DNA of 64,000 nt from Octopus vulgaris (Eukaryota), in the NCBI GenBank assembly GCA_951406725.2, contig OX597821.1:55490001-55554000 (forward strand). The letters run 5' to 3'. Shown one piece after another: positions 14,090-27,716 of the stretch. Made by a program: the position numbers and the translations under genes. The notes under the pieces are model-generated. The model made no database searches. It was not told the origin of the DNA and saw only the letters and a list, made by a program, of their open reading frames with translations. Numbering within the stretch: position 1 is the first letter of the stretch; every line of letters begins with the position of its first letter.

Positions 14090-15172
14090 TTTTGTATTGA
14101 AGAACCACGTTAGAAAGTTTACCAGGTAACTATATATGCAAGTTCAATATACAGCCACTGATGTCGGTGTGCCTGGAGATGTGACCGGCCTCTTCATGAC
14201 CTGGAGGGACTGAAAACTTAAGCAATCCTTAGCGGAACAATCCACAACTTTTTTTGCTTTACTGTAGGTATGTAGATAACATTAATATTCTAGTTAGGGC
14301 AAAGTCTAGTAACTGTAATGTAGAATCCGAGAGAAGCATAATGAAGAGCATCCAGTAAGCAGCTAACTCCATCTACCAAAGTATCAAGGTAACTATAGGT
14401 TGTCACACTAACCACTCTAAAAATAGACTCCATGTCTTTGGTATTGAATTTTGGATAGAGATTGTGAAAAACGGAGTGCAGCTCTTCCACTCCTATTACA
14501 TGAAACCCATAGCTTCGAAATATGTTGTTCACAAGAACTCAGGTTTGTGACACAACATGAAAGTCAACATAGTGATAGCAAACTTAGGATAATTAACGAC
14601 GTGTCTTCACAAGGTGATCCCTCTGAAACAAAGAAACATATACAGAACTTCATGCACGGCATAAAATTCTGTTGGTATGAGCAGAAAGACAGGGTTCGCG
14701 TATACAGGGAAGCTAGAAATAAGTTAGATAGCATTATATGTAATGAAGCCAGTGGTACCTGCCCTAAATATAGAAGTAAATAGTGGAATAAGATACAAAG
14801 AGTTTGTGACGAAGGAAACAGGGTCAACACGTGGCACAAGACCGAAAAATGTCAAGGAGTGATGTTTGTGGTGGCCACGTCTAATGGAAAACTAACCTGA
14901 AGATTTAGGAAAACTCTGAAGGAAGCCAAACTCAACATTACTATCGTTGAAAAGCCAGGGAGCTCCATCAGATCACAACTATGCAGGACGTACACCTTTG
15001 AGATTACCACGTGCACCAGTGGTAATTGCATGGTATGTAAGATTAACCCTGACATTAACTGTAGAACTAAAATGCACCTTATGCTGTAGTCTACATCATG
15101 AGATGCATAGAAAGTGCCTGTAAAGACAAGAACATGATATACATAGGTGAAACATCTAGAAACATTGCGGGG
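14090..15172 (+). mobile_element. Decayed Penelope-like element (RT C-terminus plus GIY-YIG)
   Basis: GDVTGLFMTW and YCRYVDNINI (RT YxDD remnant, ~14260-14290), Cys-rich linker CTSGNCMVC, and YIGETSR at ~15140. Confidence 0.75.
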
Positions 15173-15559
15173 AGAATAAAAGGTTTAAAATTCATATAAT
15201 GTAAAATCCACGAAAACCTTAAATCAAAATGTAGCTTCATTTAGAACGAAAAACATATATACCCAGGAAAATTAACTAATGGTCAAGTAAATTTAGTTAA
15301 AATAAATGTAAAGTTTCTTATAATAATATTCACTTGCAAAAATCTGACGGCATAAAAATAGAAACACGCTATTCATCTACAACTAACATTTACTTATACA
15401 TACACACATTAAAGACATATGCATACATATGTACACTAAACATACAAACGCTGATACATGCACACGTACATATATACAAACATATACAGGCAAAATATAA
15501 ATATCAGTATATATATATATATATATATTAATGGATATATAGGTAGCTACACACGTATT

Positions 15560-17900
15560 TATATGCACACGTCTCCGTGAATATGTTCTAAAAGTACAAC
15601 TTTATTGTTACAAGTTAGAAAAAGAATCAGATTACGAAGTGTTGGGAGAGAGAAAAAGAAGTGGTGGAAGGAAGATAAAGAGAGAAACAGAGAGAGAAAG
15701 TGATCTGAAAATAGCGTTCCTAAAATATTCAAGCAAAAAGATACATCGAAGCTCTTATGTGTAAAGTCAAGTTTTATTACTGTGAAGGACCATAAAGCTA
15801 ATTTCAGTAGAAACCCTAAATGTAGACTAATCAACCCAGCTAAAACAGAAATTGGCATTATTAGCAGAAATACATTAAGAAACCTAAATAGAGAATTAAA
15901 TTTACGGATTTGTGGAAATAGTAAGTTAATTATAGATTGGTTCAAGGGAATTAGCCATAAATGTAACTTCAGATTTAAACAGATCGATATTGTCGATTTT
16001 TTACCGTCAATATCCAGGCCTTTAATTCTTAAGGCATTAGACTTCGCCATCAATATGTCACTGTCAACAGTTCGGATATAGATATTATCCTGCAAACAAA
16101 GAAATCCCCCCTTTTTCACGATGATTTCACCTGGGTGTAAAAAGCGAGGATACGTTATTCCATGTACCGATGGGGGAACAGGATGGGGCGGAGTTAATTA
16201 TGCTTATAAGACCTTATATTTTGCATAACCTTCATCTAGAATTTCTTTTTACAGATGCAGTATTATACAGGGATTACGGTCTTGTAGTCACCTGTCATTC
16301 TTCCAAAGAATGGGTTTACGGATAACGATAGATAATAACCTAAATAATGATCTTTTTAGGTATTGACCTAGATTTGCAATTATATTATTTTAGACCCTAT
16401 TGTACGCCTAATGAAAAGCTACATTATATTAACAAAGAGACAAATCATCCACCCGTAATACTTAAGAATATAGTTAGTAATACAGGAAGGCGCATATAAT
16501 CCACATCTTCAAACGAAACAGCCTTTCAAAATACCGCGCCTTATTATAATAATGCACTAAAGAAAAGTCGATTATCAAAGAAGATCCATTATAGTCAAAG
16601 CCGTAATAACAATAATAGAAGACATAGAACTAGAACTAGGAAGGTTTTGTCATTTGATCCGGAATTTATATTAAAAATTGATATAAGTAGAGAATTCTTG
16701 AAATTAGATTCTAAGCACTTTCAAGAAATCCATAAGTTCTATAGAATTGTTTATATGAGAAGGTTAGCTATTCTTGTTGCAGGAGCTTCACCTCTTTAAT
16801 TAACCCTCACAACACGAAAACTATTAGGAGCAAACACATTACCGGAAATAACCAAAGGAATTACAATTGTAAAGACAAAAAATTGCTGTCCGTTTGGAGG
16901 AAATTGCCTTGAGAAAGGAAATGTTTATAGCGCTAAGGTATAAATAGATGGCTCACAAGAATACAAGAGATACAGGAGCTTTGGAAAATGTCTGGAAGAC
17001 TAGCTCATATTTCCAGCGAAATTCATTTTGATATTCCGAAAATAGGACAGAAACGAGTCTCGCTAAGCATGTCTGGTAATTGAAAGAAAATGATAACGTC
17101 CTTTCAAAATCAGCTGGACAATCTTTGAGAAAATAGCCCCATATAAGCATGGATCATATTGACGCCCAATGAGGGGCAATTTGTGTCTGACTGAAACGAT
17201 CTTCATCCTGTTCCAAGGTAAAAACACACTGAGCAAAAGATCAGAGCTTTTAAATTCCTGCAGACACGCTACGGGGTATAAAATGTTGAGGGAAAACTAC
17301 CGCACAGATAATGTTGGCTTTTACATTTGAATTTAGCTTTTTCATCTAAAAACAGGCATCATTTAACATTACATTCATCGTATATTTTTCTACTTTGAAG
17401 AAAACCTTCGACTGTTTGCAAGCCATTATTTCTATATTATTTTATTTTATTAGTATTTTTACATTATTTTTGTTTATCTTATTTTGATTTCTTATTGTAG
17501 CTGTTACTTTTAAATGCACCTTTTGAACTATATAACTGTTTTTTACACTGCAATTTAGCCCACTATATACATCACAGCTTTGATCTTTCATGCACATTTT
17601 AAAATTTCCATTTACAATTGCCCAAAATGTGTTGTACAGATTTCGTGTATCTTCAATTGCCCAAAATGTGTTTTAAAGATATCGAATACCCGAATGGATT
17701 TATTTTATTTTATTTTTATTCTTTTTATTATAACTTTTATGGTTTATATTATTTACTTAATTACTTTCATTGCATTTATTTATCGTTAGTTATCATCGAT
17801 GTTCAACCTATGGTGCTGAAAAAACTTTTGGGAGTTGAACAAAATATTTGGCGAGTTTTGCCAAGTTCTAAGTTTTCTAAACCCCTGAGGATACACTATT
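15560..17900 (+). mobile_element. Decayed Penelope-like element (Naiad/Chlamys-like RT plus GIY-YIG and 3' region)
   Basis: ITVKDHKANFSRNPKCRLINPAKTEIG, FKQIDIVDFLPSI, VPMGEQDGAE, INKETNHPP, CPFGGNCLEKGNVY, ETSLAKHVW, NLCLTE...SKRSELLNSCRH; multiple stops and frameshifts. Confidence 0.85.
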
Positions 17901-17996
17901 TTTATACTCAATACATCAGACAATTTCAAAATATATTCGTATGCATATATAGGTTATGGTTGTATATATGCATGTTTATGTATATATATATTTATA

Positions 17997-18098
<102 letters not shown>

Positions 18099-18236
18099 TA
18101 TAGAGCAATAGTATGTTTCATTCAAGAGAAATCCTTGAATGAAACAGTACTAGTCCTGTAAACTCCTCTATATATAAATTAATTTACTCTGCTATGTATT
18201 GAGTACCTTATACTGTGGTTAACCCCGAATCAACCC

Positions 18237-18348
<112 letters not shown>

Positions 18349-18409
18349 GATGTAAGAACTTACTGTGGACAAGGTTGTGTGGTTTTCAATTATAAAGGAA
18401 AAAATACAC

Positions 18410-18735
18410 ATTAAGTACAGGATATCATCAACGAGTGAAGAATACGTCAACACACGAGAGAAAAGTATAGAACAAAATAAGATAACTCGGTCATCAGTCG
18501 TTGGACTGCTTATTATTCCCTATTTTGTGTTTTTAACGACACATAGGATATTTAAACCTGTCTGTATGCTGCTGTCTTAGGACGTTTTCCTATTTTGTCG
18601 TTAAAAGCACAAAATAGGGAGTAATAAATAGTCCGATAACTGATGAGCAAGTTCTTTACTTTTGGTATTTTGTCCGCTACCTTTCTCTCGTGTGTTTACG
18701 TATCTTTCACACTTTAGTATTATCCTGTACTTATT
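18410..18735. repeat. Imperfect fold-back inverted repeat (~140-bp arms)
   Basis: 18410-18550 pairs with 18585-18735, e.g. cacacgagagaaa/tttctctcgtgtg and ccctattttgtg/cacaaaataggg. Confidence 0.8.
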
Positions 18736-19130
18736 GCACATGTTTTATGTTTTGGTATTTTGTCCGGTATTTTTCTCGTGTGTCTACGAAGTTTTGCTCG
18801 TTAAATGTATATATATATTTAATATACATAATATATAAATATATGCATATATACCTAGATATATATACAAACCTACATATATATGTATATACATGCATAT
18901 ATGGGTACAGGACATTACAAAAACGTGGGACGCAATGGGAAACGAAAGCATAACAACAAAAAACATAGAAACGAACTTTTTTTCAAACAACGAAAAAAAC
19001 AGAGTACAAGACATACAAAACAAGGAATATTCCCCTTCTTCAGTTGTCCCTATTTCATCAACTCCAAACCTACAGGGAAAAATTTGATTTAGTATTAAAT
19101 CAAATTTCACAATATAAATATATAAAATAT

Positions 19131-19422
19131 AAATTAGAGATAAAACCACTATTATGCAACTCAAACAGTGACAGACATAAACCAAAACATAAATAGCAAA
19201 TAAATATATTTTTATAAAACATATAACTAGATCTCAAAAAGAATAAAAATGAATAATCAATATATAATAAGTAACAAGTAATACTTATATATTGATTATT
19301 CATTTTAATTGTTTTTGAGATCTAGTTATATGTTTCATAAAAATATTTTTTTATTTGTTATTTATGTTTTGGTCTATGTTTATCACTGTTTCAGTTGCAT
19401 AATGGTGGTTTTATCTCTAATT
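19131..19422. repeat. Fold-back inverted repeat, related to 38350-38630
   Basis: aattagagataaaaccac at 19132 pairs with gtggttttatctctaatt at 19405-19422; loop near 19270-19283. Confidence 0.85.
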
Positions 19423-20187
19423 CATAAATATATATATGTAATAGATGTTGTGACTGAAACCGACTATGGTGAACACACTACCTCTCTCTCTCTCTCTAAC
19501 TATCTATCCACCTATATAGCTTTCTATCTATCTATCAATTTATCTTTCACACACACACACTCACACACGCGCTCGCACACACATACACATACTCTTTCCC
19601 TTTCAACAATAAATTTTTGTCCTCCCCTTCTTGTAAAAATATGTTGTGACGTATATCTTGAATCTTCCCCTTCTTCCCTCGCTATTACAGATGTTGCAAC
19701 AGACAGACATGGAGATCCGATTGTCTTTTATAATATAAGGTTTTTTATAATATAAGGTTTCTTTAGCTGTCCAAATTTGGTATCCCTTGTAGTGACAGAC
19801 GATATGTTCTGATCTTTTAAATAATGTTACAAGGATAATTTTTCATTCATTTCAAATTCTCATTTTTCTATTTCCTATTAACAAAAATATAATTTAAATG
19901 ATATTTAGAACTTCCAAAAATATTTCTAAATATCATGGGATTTAAATTCCAATATGATAAATTTGCTGACTCTTAATCGCGTTCTAATAAAATGTAATTG
20001 CTACTTAATTAAATTTGTCTTTTAATTTACTGAAATTACATGAACGCATTTTTATATGAAATTTGTCAAGTTAGCTATCTCACAATCCCGTGTTAGTTAT
20101 TTTTTAGTGATTAGAAACTTGAAAGATGAGTTCATAGTTTCCGATTTAGTAAAATGTCATTCACGTCGTCATTATTAATGGTGCTTT

Positions 20188-20780
20188 AAGGCAGCGAGCT
20201 GGCAGAAAAGTTAGCACGTCGGGCGAAATGCTTAGCGGTGTTTCATCTGCCGTTACGTTCTGAGTTCAAATTCCGCCGAGGTCGACTTTGCCTTTCATCC
20301 TTTCAGCGTCGATGAAATAAGTACCAGTGACTCACTGGGGTCGATGTAATATCCCCTCGTCCAGATTTTCGGGCTTTGTGATTACTGTAGAAAGGATTAT
20401 TGATGGCTTAGGACGGCGAACTGACAGAATCATTAGCAAACCGGACAATAATATTGAGCGTTATTTTGCTTGTCTTAACACTTTGAGTTCAAATTCTGTT
20501 GAGGTCGACCTGGCCTTTCATCCTTTCAGGATAGATAAAAAAGAACTACTACGTTCAATCAAACCGACTAATCTCTAAAGTTTCAGGCTTGTGCCTATAT
20601 TAAAACAGGTTACTAATGTTGTTTGAATGTATTCCGTCGGTATTTACCTTCTGATTTCACTTTCGACTGACACCCACGTTGCCTTCCACCCTTCTGGAGT
20701 CGATGAAATAATTGACAATCACATACTGGGGAACGATGTAATCGAGTAGACTCGTCTCTAAAAATGTCATGCCTTTTGCT
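20188..20780 (+). mobile_element. Tandem cluster of three SINE family 2 units (Nin/Deu-domain-like)
   Basis: Repeated variants of gtcgactttgcctttcatcctt...gtcgatgaaataa; head aaggcagcgagctggcagaa. Confidence 0.8.
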
Positions 20781-21156
20781 TATAGTAATGTTGTTTGATA
20801 GACAATCTGCCGTTGCATTCTCGTGTTCAATTCCTCTTCAGCTCTTGTCGTCCATTTTATATCTCATCCAAAGAAACATGCTTTAGATATTTTTCTTATC
20901 ACGTCTCGCCAAACACAATATTCAGTAATCAACTTCAAAAGTTCAAGATGAAGAGCAATTTTAACATTTGATTATAGCTGTAGTTGCATCCATCCTTATA
21001 AAATTTAGAGAATAAATAAGAAGCAGATACTGATTATTATCCCTCCAGAAATACCAGTTACAAATTGTAACTGATTTCGATTATTGATTGAAGCTCTTTC
21101 ATACATATTCGATTTCATTCACCGATGTTATCAATGAATCTTACTTCCGCTACTGC

Positions 21157-21190
<34 letters not shown>

Positions 21191-22974
21191 ACAAGAAAAG
21201 CTCTTGCTGTCGCTGTTGCAACTCCATGTCTACTGTTACTGCATTGTTGTATCTTTACAAGTGAATTTATACAAAGGCGCAGTCATGATTATGCAATAAA
21301 GAAATACGCTTTATAAACACGTTGTTTCAAATTCAATCTCACCGTGCAACACCTGGGGCAAATGTTTCTTGCTATATACAGAATCTTGGCGCAAAAATAT
21401 ACAGACCTACTTACTCTTCGTTAACTTAGCAGTATTAATAATTGAATAAGAGAAAATGATTCCAAATGGTAAATGAAACTGATGCTAATTTTCCCGATAA
21501 GCACGTATATTTGCTTCATAGTGTTTACCTATTGTTCAGGTCTTCAATGATCTAAAAAGAGTTATTGAAGAGTTTTTGTACTCATTACTTTCGCAAAGAC
21601 CTCAGCGAACTAAAAGCTTATGAGATTAATATGTATTGTGATAGAATGCATCTATTTACATTTGTTACAATTTTACAACGTTGCTGATGCACAGCAAATA
21701 GCTTCGCTCTCCACTACACTACATATATTAAGATGCATGAAGAATGCGCCTTTTTTATGTTGTGTCGTATAAAAATATAAATATATGTTGTGAACATGGG
21801 GTAGAAGTAAAAATTAAGCACTTTGTGAAGCAAGTTCACATTCCCTCAATTCGCTTCCAAACTAAAGCCAAGAAAACTACTTGTCAATGCATTTTGTGTA
21901 AAGTTTGTGAAATTTTGGTATTATGTCTTTTAGTGAGAAATCGAATCTATATTACAGAACGATTTTGAGTACGATCATCCAATAACCATAGCATTGATTA
22001 TTTTCATAATAGAACAAATTCCATCAGAAGCAGTATAGTTGCTGAATTTATTCCGGTACACATATAAATGCTAATTTTCTCAAAAGTTATCGTGATTAAC
22101 ATCAGTTGCCCGTCATAAGATTTGAAATTTAAGAAATCTCATCTAAACGAAATATTGTTAAACTTTTACTACTTCCACGGCTATTTCTTCAATCGTATCT
22201 TAGATATAGGGATTTAAAATGAGAGCTTTAATTGTAAATTTTCTAATGAACTCCTCTCACAAAGAGATAGAGCATTAGAGAAAGAGATACGTATAAAAGT
22301 GAAAGTATCTCAGATGTCAGCTTCAACTTTTAAGCAACGTATTTGATTTTCATTCTGTCTTTCTATCATCGATGTCAATGGATTTTTGAATGGTTACTAT
22401 GAAACAACTTTAGGATATTATTCCATTTCGATAAAAGAAATTATTCTGCCCTCCTCGCTCGTATTTTTATCTTTAAAAGAACATGATCCGACAAAACACA
22501 AAAAACAACATACAAATTGTTAAGAATGTCCCTCATGGAAAATATTTGTATGGTTTCTTTAGGTTGCACAATCTTGAAGCGTTGTTGATCTTCTATTTTA
22601 AATAAACTGTGAATGGTAAAATAGAACTCAGAAAAGATTTAGAAAGAATGTTTCTTTTTGCTTGTTGTTCATTTTTATATGGAAACATATCTGTGGTAGG
22701 TTCTGGTAGAGAACGTACTCATTATGAAAATATTCATATATATACTTCATATAGTTTATATGCAAAAAGAAAAAAGAATGAAGATTATCTACAAATTTTC
22801 AAATTTTTCATTTCCTGTGCGAAATTATGCAGATAATTGCATTAATGGATATCACATATACAAGCAGATATGTAACTCCATGTCACAGAATATATATATT
22901 TATATAAATATATATATATATACATTATTATTATTATTGTTGTTGTTGTTTTTGTTGTTGTTGTTGTTGTTACT

Positions 22975-23080
22975 GTCTGCGAGAAGTGGATTTCAGTGGA
23001 GGAAGTGGAAGATGTATCGGGCCGCTGCGTGGGGCGCAAATCATCCGGGTTGGATGGTCTGCCCTATGAGCTATATGCCC
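22975..23080 (+). mobile_element. Tx1/L1-type RT N-terminal micro-fragment
   Basis: ISVEEVEDVSGRCVGRKSSGLDGLPYELY matches the KSPGxDGLPxExY motif; lies between (TTG)n and (TAG)n arrays. Confidence 0.7.
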
Positions 23081-23130
<50 letters not shown>

Positions 23131-23184
23131 CCACCTACAGTCCAGACCTGCTACCACCACATAGCCACATTTCCCCAGCTTTAG

Positions 23185-23420
23185 CACATTTCCTGTAAGG
23201 TATACGGTTCAAGAATTTGAATTAAAGTTGAAACCGAATGCAGGTAGTTTTTGGCTTCTAAAGCAGCCAAATGTTATAAGCGTGGAATTGAGGTTCTAGA
23301 ACAGCGATGGCGACAGATAATAGAATATAATGGGATATATTTTGAGGAACAGGTGCTTTTCGTATGTAATTTGTTTCAACTATTAATTAACGCTCGAAAT
23401 ACGAAAAACATTTGACTGGT
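23185..23420 (+). mobile_element. Mariner transposase 3' fragment
   Basis: FLASKAAKCYKRGIEVLEQRWRQIIEYNGIYF is a mariner C-terminus. Confidence 0.75.
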
Positions 23421-23477
23421 ATAATTGAATAGAACGATATAAATCCCAACGAAGGTACAGTAATTACTCTAGCACAT

Positions 23478-23811
23478 GCTGAGACCCCCTTCAATCAATG
23501 ACTGACCGTGGGATTGCACCTAGAAAGTTATCCTCTCATGTACAAGTTCGGGTCAAGGTTGTTTATGGAAGACCAGCAATCGGCCATGCATATCGGCCTC
23601 CCCTCTCCCCACCACCAGTGTTATCCAAGGGAAAGGTAAAGGCCGATACAGCTTGGCACCAGTGACGTCGCAACTCATTTCTACAGCTGAGGGAACCGGA
23701 GCAATGTGAAATAAAGTGACTTGCTCAAGAACACACGCACTCCGGTCCGAGATTCGAACTCACAACCTCACGATCGTAAGCTCGATGCTCTAACCACTGA
23801 GCCATGCGCCT
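23478..23811 (-). mobile_element. tRNA-derived SINE family 4, full-length with TSD
   Basis: Minus-strand head ggcgcatggctcagtggttagagc...gagttcgaatc (A and B boxes); direct repeat tctagcacat at 23468-23477 and 23812-23821. Confidence 0.85.
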
Positions 23812-23876
23812 TCTAGCACATATTTGTATGTTTAAACCTAATTTGGTGAGGTAGCTAATACCTAGTACATATGATT

Positions 23877-24280
23877 AAGGCGGCGAACTGGCAGAAACGT
23901 TAGCACGCCTGGCGAAATGCGTAGCCTTATTTCGTCTGCCATTACGTTCTGAGTTCAAATTCCGCCGAGGTTGACTATGCCTTTCATCCTTTCGGGGTCG
24001 ATAAATTAAGTACCAGTTACGCACTGGGTTCGATATAATCGACTTAATCCGTCTCTCTGTCCTTGTTTGTCTCCTCTGATTTAGCCCCTTGTGGGTATTA
24101 AAGAAATAGGTATTTCGTTTGTCTTTACGTTGTGAGTTCAAATTCCGCCGAGGTCGACTTTGCCTTTCATCCTTTCGGGGTTGATATATTAAGTACCAGT
24201 TGCGTACTGGGGTCAATCTAATCGACTGACTCCTCCTCCCGCCCCAAAATTTCGGGCCTTGTGCCTAGAGTAGAAAAGAA
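23877..24280 (+). mobile_element. SINE family 2 with internal duplication
   Basis: aaggcggcgaactggcagaa head; two copies of gagttcaaattccgccgagg...gcctttcatcctttcgggg. Confidence 0.85.
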
Positions 24281-24984
24281 TACAAAGTACATACGTGATC
24301 ATAAATTCAAACCATGAATTTAATACATTCTAACATTGAACATTTTCAGCGTTAAGCTTCCTCCACTGTCTTTCATATTTATAAGTACTAATTGCTCTAA
24401 CAGTCTCACTTTATATCCTAATCGTGTAATATGCTGCATATAACCGTCCATAACTAAATACCGATTTGTGGTAAGTAAATCCTTATCTTATTAAACACTT
24501 GTACTCATGTTTTTGTGTTCAGTTATCCTTGTGTTTCAGTTATGCTTGAATAAGTTAATCAAACAGGAAACTGAATTCTCTAAACAGTAAACGGCAAATT
24601 TGTATCACTTAGTTCAATTTAGCTCTAGCTATTAGCGTTCACCTACCTGGTAAAGTATCATTTACTAACAATCATTCAAAGTAATTACTAGTTATGTCAA
24701 CAATTTGTAGTCTAGTTCCATTCATTACAAGGCATAGCTGAATTCACATATTATGTAACAGCATTACATGTGATCCTATTTTAAATTCAATCCATGCAGT
24801 AGCACGTAAAGATAGTGTGAACGAGTTAAGCAATTTTAATGCCTAATATTCATGATCTAGCTGATTATCACAAACTGTTTGATCAATGCTGAAATACGTT
24901 TGGACATTTAATGGCAGTTGTTCTAAAATACAATTTAAATCTAGATAGGTAGATCGAGTTCTTACAGGAAAATATTACATACGA

Positions 24985-25395
24985 TAGGCGAATGTATGGC
25001 TGTGTGGTTATAAGCTTGCTTTGCAATCACGCGCTTCCAGGTTCAGCCCCACTGAGTGGCATCATAGGGAAGTTTTTCTACTATAGCCGCGAGCCGACCA
25101 AAGCCTTGTGAGTGGATTTGGTAGACAGAAAGAAAGCTGTCGCATATATAAATGTGTGTGTGTGCGTGCATGTGTGTGTGTGTGCGTGTGTGTGTGTCTG
25201 TGTCTATATGTGTTTGTGTCTTTGTATCAGTGTATGTTCCCCACCACCGCTTGACAACGGGTGTTGTAATGTCTCCGTCACCGTAACTTTGCGGTTCGAC
25301 AAAAACGTACTGAGGTCGATTCATTCTTCATGGTGGTATCCCAGCATTGCTGCAGTCTCATGGCTGAAACAAGTAAAGGACAGAAGATAAAAAGT
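24985..25395 (+). mobile_element. SINE family 1 copy
   Basis: tggctgtgtggt head, gccgaccaaagccttgtgagtggatttggtagac, internal (TG)n. Confidence 0.8.
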
Positions 25396-27129
25396 TGCCC
25401 CTCATCTGCAGATGCGTCATGCAAATATTATGTACGATTGACTCTCTTCCCTAGATGTTTCATCCGACTTGTAATTTTCCATCACGTTCATTGAATATAC
25501 ACTGTTAAGAATTTCAAAATGCAAGTAGAAGCGTAAGTTTTCACTTTCATGGTTAAGTTCGAATCACTTGATGAGCTTGTTCTCTTCGAAAATACTTTCT
25601 ATGTTGGTAATGAACTTAAAAGTCTAAGCTTTAGAAAATATGAAGATATTATACATGATATAGTGAGATAACTTCCATGTGGCTTCTGGGACAAGTAAGA
25701 CTAATAACTTATATACAAGACAATTCGAAGTTGATTTTCTCAGCTTCAACAAACTTTTCGCAAGTAGTTACACTTTATTTCGACAGAAACTTAATAATGA
25801 AATTAGTGAATTTTTTATACTTTAACATATGAAAGTATTTCAAATTTTGTATGCACAAGAAATTTATTTCTCCAACAGGAAGACATTTTAGAGCAATACT
25901 TGTGATAGCTTACATAATGGAATCTGAAATGCACTCTAATTGCGTTATTACATCTTCACTGTTGTTGCTAATCATTTACATTAAACATCTATTGTTGAAG
26001 GTTTTTCTCTACTTTATTTCAAAGATTTTTCTTGTGTCTACACGTTTCTTTTTCCATACAAGAAGAAACAGTATTATTAATACATCATCTTCTAAGTACC
26101 ATGAATTTTTTTCCAAGATTCTCCAATGAAAATGTTTTCATTTGATATTGCTGTATAAATGTCGTCTGTAGTTCTAATTTTGCTCTCAGTTCAGAATTTC
26201 GGTTTACAAGTGACTTTCACTACAACCTTCTAGAGCGACTAATTCCTTATGAGTGAATTTAGAAGACAAAGATTGTGTGGAGGTTCATCATGTGTGCAGA
26301 TGTATCTTCGTCTTTGCCCACCCATGGCTCGACAAATGGTATAAGTTTGTTTTTGTCCCCAGAAATTAGTGGTTTGGTAAAATGAAAAGTACAGAATAAG
26401 TATCATCTTTAAACTATATACCAGCGTCGATTTATTCTTCCAAAATGCTTCGAGACAGTGTCCTAACATGGTTTCAAATATGCAAGAGAATTAAAACCTG
26501 CCGCTCAATATGGGTGATATTCCAATGTTGCATTCTGCTGTAAATTACTCTCAATTTTTAGTCTCTTCTAATTACTTGTGTAAGAATTGTTTTAAATACC
26601 TGGTTTAATAAATTTTGCTGCTGCTGCTATAGCATTTTCAAAATAAGTTTTGTTGTAAATAAGTAGAGAGTAGAAATGAGATTTATTCCAACTGAGCTGC
26701 AAACGACAGTCGTTACTTACCACACGAAATGTTCTTTTGGGGTGGGGAGCAACTCTATTGATAAAAGGACCCCATGCCTAAACTTGAGATGAAGACCGCA
26801 AAGTTGACACAGATGCTGAGTTGAGATCACGTGTTTTGTGAACTTCATGGTGCTGGATTACAATTTACCACTCAAATTCTTCGTTAGAAAACTGAAGCGG
26901 ATTACACCATTAGCATCACAAAAATGTTGTTAATTTGGCAGATATATTTCTTAAATGAAATTTAACATCCCTATTCCCAGGAGAAACTCCATTTTCACCT
27001 ATGGCATCAATTTCATTAAACGATGGCAAGTTATACTATTTATTTCTAGATATCGGTTGAAATTAAATTTACATTGCGAAGAGAATCATTACATTGATTT
27101 GCAGGGTTATTTTATGTTTAATTCTTCAC

Positions 27130-27460
27130 GTTTTTTATGCAATTGAACTGCGGCCATGATGGGTCACCAATTCGAAGTTTTTAGTCGAACAGATCGACTT
27201 CAGCCAATATCGGCTGACAAGTGGGGTGTGTGTGTGGGGGGGTGGGGGGGGGCAGACGCAAAAACAAAACATGCACACGCACACACAATTACACACATAT
27301 ATATATTTATATGAGAGGCTTTCACACAGCTTCTGTCAACAAACTTTACTCACAGGGATTGGTGGATCCAATTCTGTAGTAGAAGACACTTGCTCGATGC
27401 GTCAAGCACTCAAAAACAAGTGATGGCAAAGAGAGCTTCTTAACCACACAACTATATCTT
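27130..27460 (-). mobile_element. SINE family 1, degenerate copy
   Basis: actgcggccatg...gtagaagacacttgc...taaccacaca. Confidence 0.65.
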
Positions 27461-27716
27461 TATCTAAATATTCTGTTCTATTTATATAACTGAATGTTTA
27501 AATTGTAATGTTGAATAACGATGTATATAGTATGTACCTTAGGATAAACACTGATCATTTTAAGGGTTTACCTAATCATGTAATGCTTCAGTTTTGTTTT
27601 TTTATAGTAGATAATAGTATTTCTGGCAATCGTTTAACTTTGGGTCAATTACATCCTTAACCTTCAGCTATATTTATTTTCTCTATAAATGAAACAAAGG
27701 AAAAGCTTTAATTGTA

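Noticed and set aside
23740-23811. tRNA gene
   Set aside because: The tRNA-like head continues into a SINE body bounded by a TSD; the same applies to other SINE heads.
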